From: the human T2T-CHM13v2.0 reference genome, Homo sapiens | Length of the DNA: 64,000 nt | Strand: one strand, 5' to 3' | Assembly: GCF_009914755.1 (NCBI RefSeq) | Contig: NC_060927.1 | Part shown: piece by piece, positions 53,626 to 64,000 of the stretch | Layout: every line of letters begins with the position of its first letter | How positions within the stretch are numbered: position 1 is the stretch's first letter | Notes under the pieces: model-generated | Seen by the model: the letters and a program-made list of their open reading frames with translations, nothing else | Database searches by the model: none | What the model was told of the DNA's origin: nothing | Made by a program: the position numbers and the translations under genes

Positions 53626-53840
53626 GGCTTCTTAAAACCTAGGCTTAGAAGAGACACTGCCACTGCAGTTTTACTGACTCAAATCATAGATCAGTTGAGA
53701 TTCAAAGGGAGGGAACTCTGTAAGATGTGAATAATGGAGGTGTGATTTTTCAAAATCCACTGATGTAATAACCACTACAGCAGGGTTTATAGACATGGGA
53801 AACACAGAATAGCAGAGTCTACTGGGGATTGGGAAGTGCC

Positions 53841-54046
53841 TAGGGTTATCAAGAGAAAATATAGGGTACTAAGGTAAATTTGAATTTCAGATGAATAACG
53901 AATAATTTTTAGTGCAAATATGTCTCATGCAAGTCTGCATAGCATGTAATATTTCGGACTTAGTTATACTTAAACATGGTTATTTATCTGAAATTCAAAT
54001 TTAATTGGGAGTTCTATATTTTTGTTTACTGTATCTGGCAAACCTA
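53841..54046. mobile_element. MER53 palindromic MITE
   Basis: Ends 'tagggttatca' / 'tctggcaaaccta'; internal inverted repeat 'aatttgaatttcagatgaataac' / 'gttatttatctgaaattcaaatt'. Confidence 0.88.
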
Positions 54047-54519
54047 GATGAGAGACTTGTGAATAGCACCAGGGGCCAGGTCCTACAAGCTGTTTATTGT
54101 TCTAGTCACAAGGTTGTTTAGGTCAAGTGAGGACCAGGGCATGAGAATGGAGAGACAGAGGGCAGACTTTCAAAGCCAGTGAGAACAAGTGGGCTGAGCA
54201 GGAGGCCTGAACATCCAGGTGGTGTTCCAAAGTGGCTGAGATTGTGACATGGGACTCAGACAGACCAGAGAACGATTCTCAACTCTGCACAACTGTACTG
54301 ACAATCAGTTTTTATTTTTCAGGCTTTCAAATAAGGTGGGTAATAGTGGTACTTCATAGCGTTGTGGCAAGAATTAAGTATAGGGGTGGCTGGTAGGTAG
54401 TAAGCACAGAGAATAGGTTAGGTGTAATCACATCAGAGTAACAATTATTGTGATGATGATAGTTTTGTGAGTATCCAAGCTGGAGCAGGAGGAGTGGGGA
54501 AGAGACACACAGGAAACTA

Positions 54520-54690
54520 ACATCCCCAGAACACATGCTAGGTCCTGGTCCTGGTGCTTTCTATTCTCCATTTTCCTTAATCATAATTGCATTTGCAGGT
54601 GTAATAAATCAACTTTAGAGATGAGTGAATTGGCTTAGAGGAATTAATAAGTTTGCCTGAGTGGCAGTCGGGTTTGCCTGAGACCAGAAT
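54520..54690 (-). mobile_element. MIR, degenerate
   Basis: 'tttagagatgagtgaattggcttagaggaattaataagtttgcctga'. Confidence 0.55.
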
Positions 54691-54799
54691 CTTTTCCTAT
54701 AAAGAAAGATGAGTGAATATAGTTCCTGCAGGTTGACCTTCATTCATGGGCCTCCAGGTCATATCCTGCTGCAAGGCTTTTCCTACCTTGGCCTCTGTG

Positions 54800-54925
54800 C
54801 TGCCTTGACTCTGAGCCTTCCCTTCTCATTTGTGAAATGGGAGAGTAATGCCCACTTTGCTTCTCCCAGAGTCTTGTTGGAGGTATTCACTGTGGTAAAG
54901 GGCATGAAGGCATTTTCAAACTGTA
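54800..54925 (+). mobile_element. MIR fragment
   Basis: 'ctctgagccttcccttctcatttgtgaaatggga'. Confidence 0.65.
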
Positions 54926-56644
54926 ACATGCCCCATGGATGTTGAAACTGTTCTTGAAACCTAGCACATAAAGCATTAATCCTGTATTCTTCTAATTCCA
55001 AGCCATGTTAGGATAAGAAAGGCAGCCCTCCTGAAGGCACTGAAGAGGGGGCTTGGCAGTGTAGAAAGAGAGAGAGGTGAGTTTGTGTGGTGTGGTGTGT
55101 TGTGGTGTGCTATGCTGGTTTTTCCCCCTCTAGAACACTCTAAGACAAGATTCCAGAGGTAAAGCTTTCCCCAAAAGACTTACAACAGAATTTAAGGGCA
55201 AAACAGTGGAGTAAGGCAAGGCTCATTGCTTTTTGGTAGCCTTGCAAATAGTCCCTTGCCTGGGCCATAGGGAAGTCTAGTCCAGTGATTGATAAAATAC
55301 TGATTTCACACCTCTTTTATTGTCTGCTAAAGATTTGGTACATATTTTTAAGGCCACTATGAACTTTTAGACTTCCCCAGAGACCAGAGGCTTAGAAATA
55401 TGTGGGAAAATATTGTCATTATCTATTTTATGGGTGAACATGATGTAAAGTGACTGACAAAGCTTGAGTGAGCTGGGTCGTGCTTCTTGCTGGGGTTTTT
55501 TCTTTCTCTAATTCACCCTGGGTCTGAATATCTATCCTCCTTGCACATTGGACGTGCAGCTGCATTCATTATTCTCACCAGCTCTGGCCAGATCTGCCAC
55601 ATAAGGAACAAAATGGTCTGTAACCACAGACTCATATCCTGGGCAGTAAATTATGATAATATGACAAGAGAAGGTTCTAGCTCTGACACGTTTTCCAAGT
55701 TTACCAGAGGTAACAGCATCATTGCTGGTGGGGGGTGTGTGTGTGTCTGTTTGTGATGGGGGTGGCATGGTTGGTAGGGATGAGTGTAAATGAGTGTGTG
55801 GGCTTCTGAAAGGCATCTCGTGCACACTACAGTTGACGAGAGTGGCGAGAGTGTTTGCTGCTTGGTAATGAGATTCAGTGTTATGGGGCTGTTATTTTTA
55901 GTGTTTAAGCTATGAAAATCTCATTTTCTCCCTAGAGGCTTTCGTTCTGCCATTCTTTAGTACATCAGGTGAGAAATCAAGTGTCATCTGTTAAAAACGA
56001 TAACAGATCCAAAGTTAGCTCGTAAAAATGACTGTTCCCCCCAAGTCTCTTTGGTTTGGTAAGAGCGATTTTATAAATTGTGATTTTGATTTGAGACGAG
56101 CTAGGAAGGGACAACAAAAGAGAGAGGAGGTTTGAAAGTCTTGAGTTAGAGAAATAATTAAAATTAATGGAACTTGATTCTATCCTTTATGGATAATTAA
56201 GTATAAATGTCCATGGTAAATCTATGTCTATCTTGCATTTAGTGTGTATGTGTTTGTGTGTGTATCAGATGTCTTTTTGATGTATTCTATGACAACTTTT
56301 TGATGATTTTGGTCTAAATTCCCTTCTTTGGTCATCCTCATATTACATGCTCACACGTATTTTATGGTCGTTGGATTCCTTGAACAGAGTTAGTAAACTG
56401 CAAATCTTAAAGGTCCAGAGGCTTTTCTACTTTGACTATATAGGCTCTAGAGACAGAGATTTTTATTGTTCTATTTATTTTTATTTGGTCGACTATTGCA
56501 CAAATCTGGTCAATTACTGAAATCCAAGGGGCCTGAACAAGAAGGTTTCTGTCTTTGTAAACTTCACTGCCATGGCTTAAGTACCAGCTATCTGGGTAAT
56601 AACTTCCAAAAGTAACTTCAGCAATTAAAGTTTCCCATAAAGGT

Positions 56645-57600
56645 CCAACTTTTAAGTCCAGCTGCCTACTTGCCAGCTCCACTTAGGCGTGTAACATGCA
56701 TCTCAAACGGAATATGTCTCCAATCAGACTCTTAATTCTATTCATACCTACCTCTGATTTACTTCTGTTGCAGTATTCTGCTTTTCAGTAAATTCTATCA
56801 GCTTTATGGGTCAACAGTCTTGGGGTCAGGCTTGATTCCTATTTCCCACTCACAGTCCATACACCCAATTTATCAACGAATTCTGTCAGCTCTACCTTCA
56901 AAATTTGTTCAAAATCTGACCGTGTCTCATCACCTCCACTGCTCCCATCCTGATTCAGGCCACCTCCATCTTTTGTCTTGCCTGTAGCAATAGCCTCCTA
57001 ACTGGTTTTGCCCCTTCCACCACCTATCCTGCGACAGCAGTCCACATGACCCTTTAGAAACATTGACCAGATGATGTTGCTCTTCTGTTCAAAACCCTCC
57101 AGTGGCTTCTCATATTGCACACAGTGAAAGTCTGATCCTTCCATTGGCTGTAGGTGCTCTGTGGGCTGCTCCCACCTGCCCTGCTCTCACCGCCAGCACA
57201 AGACTCTTCATCCACCCTCCTCTCTTCACTCTCCATGAATGTGCATATTCTCATTTGCTTTTTTCTCTGTCTGGAACGCTTTTCTTCCACATTTGTGCAT
57301 ACTTTCCCCTCATTTCATTCTGTCTCTACTCAAGGTCACCTCCTCAGAAAGATTATCTTTCAGAATTTAAAACAGTACTCTCATTCCCTATATTCCTAAT
57401 TCTGCCTTCCTTAATCTACTTTATTCTTCCTTAACTTCCCTTATGGTCATATGCCGATAACTATTTGTCTGTTTCTTCCACTCCAATGTAAGCTTTCTAA
57501 AGCAGGATTTTTTTTTCTTTTATTGCTGTTTCCTGTGGCTAGGACAATATCTGGCATGTAGAGGTTGCTCAATACTTATTTGTTAAAGAAATGAATGAAT
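56645..57600 (+). mobile_element. L2a, about 950 bp of 3' region
   Basis: 'aattctgtcagctctaccttcaaaat', 'tagcaatagcctcctaactggt', 'ctgttcaaaaccctccagtggcttc', end 'gctcaatacttatttgttaaagaaatgaatgaat'. Confidence 0.88.
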
Positions 57601-58719
57601 GTGTGCTCTACTGATGCTTTTACAATGTTCTCGTAAGTTCTTTCTAACATTAGTGCAGTTATTTTATGTTAATGCTCTGGGATGCGATGCGAGGAAATTT
57701 TCCATAACAAGACACTCTGAAAGTGGAGTGTGATTCGTCACTCCTCTCTTCTCACTTACTGAAAGCTCCTTGTTCTGGGGAAGAATCTGGTCAGGGCAGC
57801 CCTATAGTAGGCCATCCAGATATCCAGATGGAAATTAAAAACCAGCAGAAGAGCAAGGGATTACAAATCCAGGAAAAATATGGGTTACTGACTTCCTTCT
57901 TTCTTTTGGTAAACATTCTGAGAATGACTTCTTTCCAAAGTCATTCCCTGGGAAGGGTAAGGTGTTTCTTGAGGCAGGAGAGCCTTGACAGCTCCCTGGT
58001 GACATCTGGGCCCACTTTTGCTTTTTATAGCAACTTAGAGGAAAATCTCTTAGTTATGATGCTTCTTTGCAAAACCTAGAAATAAGAATTCAAAACCAAG
58101 CTATTTTACAACTTTAGTCTCCTGACTCGTCTATTTTGCTTGGTTCTTCACTCTTTCCCCTGTTCCCCTATGAAGCTTGGTTCAGTCAGATTATTTTGCC
58201 TCAATGTTGTGAAATATTTCTCTGCTTTCTCATCAGCTTAGAAGAAGTTTCTGTCAGGGGATGAATAGGTGAGTAGTGGGTTTCTTAAAAATAACAGAAA
58301 AAGGCTGTAAAAATTAAGATGATTGTAAAACCTATGTAGGACGCTGTGTTTTAAACAAAGTCAGGGATGACTCTACCCTCATTTCATTTTGTCTCTGAGG
58401 GGATTGAGGGGAAGTAATCCTGAGTCATGGTCACACACAGTCTGGCAGATCAAACTCATTTTCCTGATGTCCCTAGGGGCAAGGATATAGGGTATCTGTA
58501 GCTGTCTACAGCTGTATATTCCAGGGGCTCTCTAGGCCATGAGTTATGGCTGTATAGACTTGGTCCATGCCTAACAGGACCTTCTTATGTCTGATGGCAA
58601 AGTGAATGCTTTCAAAAAAATTACTTCTTTTTGGATTTTCTTTTTCATTATTGTCTGCAAAATGAATTCGATTAGTCATAATGCTCTCTTATTTTGGTGT
58701 GTTTCCCTTTCTGGTGACT

Positions 58720-59153
58720 TCCAGCTGCATGGTATCTCTGGGTGGAGGAGGAGGGGAGTCTCAGGCCCATCAGGGAAGGAGAAAACTTCCGTTGCCCCTT
58801 AGTATATAACTGGACTTCTGATCCACTCTATTTGCTGGGCTCACGTGGTGGTATAGGCGAACTCCTGTTCAATGTAGGGGAGACCGTAGCCTATCTGGGC
58901 TGCCTTCTGTTGCTAGGCTCAGATCAGAAAATGCTGGACCTGGATCGCCTCTTTTGTAGGTTGGAAGGACATAGGATACCCTGACACTGCGTCGCTTCTC
59001 CAGTCCTGGGTTCTCAAACCAAGGCACTGTCGTCTTCTACCTCTCAGAATTCCCCTTTCATTGTCTCTTGAGTTATTTTTGCAATGTTTATTATTGTGCA
59101 TTGTGGAGAGGACTAGAGGGGGCAAGAATCTGCCAGCTCATCCAGGTCAGAAA
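58720..59153 (-). mobile_element. Possible old L1M 5'-end fragment
   Basis: 'cttctacctctcagaattccc...tgtttattattgtgcattgtggagagga...ccaggtcagaa' resembles antisense L1M 5' UTR ends. Confidence 0.4.
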
Positions 59154-59807
59154 TGGAGGAGTTAAATTTTAGAATTAATTTTTAGTCTAATACTTTTATG
59201 ATCTGAGAAAGCAAATATTTTCATGGTCTATAAGGCTAATTACTTCTGGGTAATGAAGTAATGGTAAGCCTGGTAAATTCCATTTGTATTAGTCATTACC
59301 TGCTTTCTTTTACTCTGAAGTGAGTTCCATTGCCAGGCGCAATGTTGTTTGAGATACCCTGATTGGACATCATGATGTGCAGGAACAAGCATGATGTCAG
59401 GAAAAGAAAACTTCAGTTAGAAACAATTTTACTCCATTGAGGACTAGTTGCTCTCCTGCACATGATGACAGGAGTAAAATATAATTGACTTGTCAGAAGG
59501 TATCCGGTTGGCCCCAGAAGGTATAGTATCATCTCAGGAGATCAAGGTGGGTGATGTGTTTCTGTTTTTGACTTTCATATGCTGATTCTTTTCATCTTTT
59601 ACTATAATTTAAGGCATCTTTCAATATTACATCATTTTTGTACACATTATTTTTAATAGTTTTAAAATAATTTGTGAAGTGGCCTAAATGTAATTAGCTT
59701 AGTCATTCCTCTATTGTTGCTTCAATATTTTTTTTTTTGCTAGGATAAACAATTCTGTGATGAAGGTCTTCATACATAAATGTTCTGCTATGCTTTAACT
59801 CCCTTTG

Positions 59808-60105
59808 TTAGAGAGTCCATAAGAACTTTGGAGCCAGTCTGCCTACATTCAGATTCTGGTGTGTAGTGTTGTGCAGGCTGTATATCAGCTGAGGCAAATG
59901 GTACCTCCTGATATAGTGAAAAGCATAACCTGCACAGCCATACATGGCAGCCCTGAATCTTGGCTCTGCCATATACTTACTGTATGAACTCTTACAAGTC
60001 CTTTTACAGTTCTGCTGCCTCAGTTTCTGCATCATTAAAGTAGAGAAAATAATACCTTACAGGCCCAGCACATAGCAATTGGTATGTATGTTTGTTGTTA
60101 TTAAT
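59808..60105 (+). mobile_element. MIR interrupted by MER91
   Basis: 'actttggagccagtctgcctacattc' ... 'ttggctctgccatatacttac...tgcctcagtttctgcatc'. Confidence 0.8.
59860..59955 (-). mobile_element. MER91-like hAT-Tip100 MITE
   Basis: End 'aacctgcacagccatacatggcagccctg'; internal 'ttgtgcagg' / 'cctgcaca' inverted repeat; degenerate 8-bp TSD gattctgg/aatcttgg. Confidence 0.7.
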
Positions 60106-61071
60106 ATCGTCATTGAGTATGACTTTTGTTGCAAACTACCAAGTTGAAGCTCATTTTTAAATGACTGAAGATACAGTGTAATCCTATGATCTCTGGCTGA
60201 TGTCATGGTTTAGATTTAAGGCTCTTCAAGAACTATAGAACAAAGTAGATATACTCTTGGTGCCATGTTGAGGAGAGGTTGAAATACTAAGCCATGTTTT
60301 TCAGAAAGGAGATGCAGCACACATATGGAAAGTCAGATGGCCCTACAGGGGAGTGGAAGCCCCCGAGGACAGGTGTGATTATGGGATTATGAGTTCAAAA
60401 GAGGAAAAAACAGTAAAGAAGGCAAGTGGAGAAGAGGTTGGTGGATGAGAAGCCTTCCTTGCGGGGAAGGGTGTTGGGGGAGATGATTGCAAGGTCTCTT
60501 ATGAGCAGGTGGAGCAGTAGTCTGGTTCCTATGAGAGGCAGATGTTTAGGCACCATCTGTCACAATCAATTCTGAGTCTGGGTGTTTTGCATACCTTTGG
60601 CTTCATGGGGCATTATGTTCCAGATGAGAGTCACATGCTTGCATCTATTCTCCCTCTCTGAACATTTTCCTCCAGAATGATGATCACCCTATTAACCAAT
60701 ACCAAAAAATTTCAAAGGAATGCTTTCAGAAAGATGCAAAATGCAGAGAATACGTGGCCAAACTCATCTGGTTTCAGAAGATCTCTTGTCCTCAGATATG
60801 TCTACTCTCATTAAAACAAAGCATGAAGAGTTCCATGGCTGGGGATACAGGCAGAGAAACCTTGATTACAGGCAGTTTCAGACATATCTCCATGTAGAAT
60901 AAGCAAAGTGGAGGTTTGGGCTCTCACTGCATTGGGTGGGCTGTGGAATGCTCTCTGCTGTCTCCTCTCACATGTCTGTATCTCCACTTACCACTTTCTC
61001 AGGGGGAAAAGCTAATCAGACTCAGGGGAAGAGTATTCTTTGGGCCACATTTCACTAGCAGGCAGGGCTAC

Positions 61072-61539
61072 TGTGCTGTTTTAGTTTTTGGGAAACAGAT
61101 CTCAAGACAAGATTTTGAGTATAAATTACATTTTATTTGGGACGTGAAGGGAACTCAAGAATTGGATGAAGAATTGGAGATAGGGAGAAGTCAGCCAATA
61201 AAGGACGTGTTGAGAAGCCAGTTACCACTGTGGGCAACTGGAGTTCAATCACATAGGGGAGCTCTGGGAAACAGAATGGAAGATAGAACTCAAACTTATC
61301 CCGCTCCTGTGGTGAGGGAGCTGAGGTGTTTATACACCAAATCCCATCAATCATCAGTTGAGGGGTGCTCTGGGAAATGTTAATTTCCTAATATTTCCAA
61401 GACTCAAAAACCTGCTGGAAGTTTTGGAGAAAGATCTCAGGCAAAGAGATGCAGATACTGGCAGTTAGAAGTCCGCCTGCATGCAGCAAGATGGCAAGGT
61501 CTGAGGATTATGGATGGGACATCTATAGGGTCTGTTACA
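61072..61539 (-). mobile_element. LTR40a-like ERVL solo LTR
   Basis: 'cagccaataaagg...agccagttaccactgtgggcaactggagttcaatc...gagggagctgaggtgtttatacaccaa...gtctgttaca'. Confidence 0.8.
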
Positions 61540-62434
61540 CGTGGTTTAAAGATCAACAAACAAATTCAGGTCTTTCTCTGGCTCCTTTTCCTGTGGCAAA
61601 TCTTGGCACATCAATGTGGCTAATGTGGGTAAGGCTGATTAGAAGAATAATTAATCACATAAAAACAGTTAAAGTTATTAGCTGAAGTAACATGGAAAAT
61701 GTGCCTTCTGCATGTAATCATGTATCTGGTATTTGGGGCTATTTTGTATGTATGATACATTTTGTTGGTATAAATAGAACATAGTGGACAAATGTATTAT
61801 TTAGGAAGTAGCATGCCTTGAGCAACAAGAAATTTGGAGTGACAGACATGTTTCAGAGGAAAAAACTGCAGAGTTTTTACATTTTTGTTAACTATGAGAT
61901 AGGTTTTGGTAGCAGACAATGTCTGAGATTGAGAAGAGATGAGTTAGGATGAAAGGTATGCATTGATCTTGCAAGCTTCTGAACATCTTGGGAGTGGCAC
62001 AGGCCCAATCTTCTTCCCAACGGTGTGGTCACAGCCAAGGTACATCTGCTAGGTCCATATGAAACCCTACTGCCTTCCAGCTCCTTCTAGCCAGCTCAAC
62101 TGCATGGAGGAAACTTTGGGCTGTAGGATGTGGAATTAACCTTCTGGTGGATTTTGTTATTTGGCTTGGGTTGCTCTTGTCACTGGGTTTAGTGCGGTAT
62201 AAATAGGAATCATTCTTTCTCCCACAAACATTTTTGTAGAATTTTTCTTTCCCACCCCTTGCATGCTGTTGCAGGCAGATTTCATTACTTTTCCAGTCAT
62301 CTTGGTAAATTAAAATAGTTTCATTGGTAAAACTAAAAAGTCCAGTCTAATCTAACACCAAAACTTCAGACTCTCCAATTCAGATTTCCCCCTCTTCCAA
62401 AGTCAGACGAAACTGGTGGTTTGAGGATAGGTAG

Positions 62435-63004
<570 letters not shown>

Positions 63005-63589
63005 TAGGGTCTCTATGCCTTACTATTTTCTGGGGCGATGCACACACTCTTTGCTGACTTCTTACAAATCCTCCCCATATCTAGCTTGTCATGGCACATC
63101 ATCAGGAATGCTTTGCTCCAGCAGGCGGTCAGTGCTCTTCGATGAGGTCCTCTCAAGATAGCTTAAGCGTGGACTAAACTTCACAGGGTCCACATGAAAA
63201 ATTGGCTTCACTGATCCACCAAATTATCAAGGTACACTCCATTTCTATTCTGCCCTCAAGCGGTGCTCCAGCCAGCCCTTCATGTTCATATCTCCCCAGG
63301 TTCTAGGGAAACCATGTCCATTTCTCTGAACAGCTCTCTCACATTCCAACCTCATCACAAGATTCTCTGGCTGCACAAACCTTCAGCCAGGGAGGAAGTT
63401 TCTACTTGTTCCTCCTATCTGACAATGCCAATCTCCAAAAATGAGTTTTTGGGAACTCCTTCAGTTGTTTTGGGGTAGGTGAGGGGCAAGAATCTTCTCT
63501 AATGATTCCACCTTTAATTAACCCAAGTCTTCTTTTGTGTAAGCTGGATGTTAAAGACGGGCTGAATGAGTTTGGTGGCTTAGTGAGCC

Positions 63590-63725
63590 AAGTCAGCATA
63601 GGCTAAATGCTATAACAAACACCACAGTGGCTTTAAATGTCATGTCGTTGACCAAAGTGGTCAATAGGTTGGTGGTTGTAGGGGAGCTCTGCTCTGTGTA
63701 GTTGCTCAGTATCTAGGCTTTTTTT
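63590..63725 (-). mobile_element. MLT1J-like fragment
   Basis: 'gtcagcataggctaaatgctataacaaac...cagtggcttt...gctctgctctgtgtagttgctcag'. Confidence 0.55.
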
Positions 63726-63829
63726 CACTAGTGTCTTTGCTGTATTCTATGTGAAGGGTCTTATTTTATGCCATGGCTTCCTTTGGTAGTCTGTTAAAAC
63801 CAACAAAGTGTGGTTAAAAATAATATTTT

Positions 63830-64000
63830 GTTGGTTCTGAGCCTGGGCCTCAGGAAACTTTACACACTTCTGCTCTTTTTCTTGAAATCCTGCCACTTCC
63901 AAATAAACAAGCTTGGATTCATCTGCTGGAAAATGAGAGACACGTGGTCAGCTGTGCAGTCACCCCAGCCTATAGCTAGCCAAACTCCAGAAGCAGAGAA
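63830..64000 (+). mobile_element. MLT1F-like LTR running off the window edge
   Basis: 'ttctgagcctgggcctcagga...ctgctggaaaatgagagacacgtgg'. Confidence 0.7.

Noticed and set aside
60916-61383. 155-aa ORF
   Set aside because: Mostly inside an LTR40-like element, with a non-ATG start and no protein motif.

Overview
This is a non-coding, AT-rich primate (human-like) intronic or intergenic window. I found no supportable protein-coding exon, RNA gene or CRISPR array. Every longer ORF in the track that I could assign reads through a repeat: Alu antisense ORFs, L1 ORF1/ORF2 remnants, MLT2, LTR40 or microsatellites. The window is a mosaic of 11 Alus, L1 pieces (L1PA8-like, L1PB, L1M), MaLR/ERVL solo LTRs, hAT and Tigger DNA transposons, MIR/L2 and simple repeats, plus a few repeat-poor, enhancer-like stretches. 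Subfamily names come from recalled consensus sequences, not a database search, and boundaries of old elements are approximate. The strongest signal that repeat annotation does not explain is a set of locally templated insertion scars. These are an 83-bp direct copy (51149-51231 to 53407-53489), a 52-bp inverted copy (52624-52675 to 53574-53625), a 66-bp direct copy starting at an L1 deletion junction (10771-10836 to 10175-10240), and short snap-back scars at about 4457-4536 and 30056-30106. Also notable are a MER44 with two right ends, an L1PA/L1PB fusion, a head-to-head Alu pair 37 bp apart, and a (TTTTA)14 Alu tail. I see no evidence of a novel gene system.
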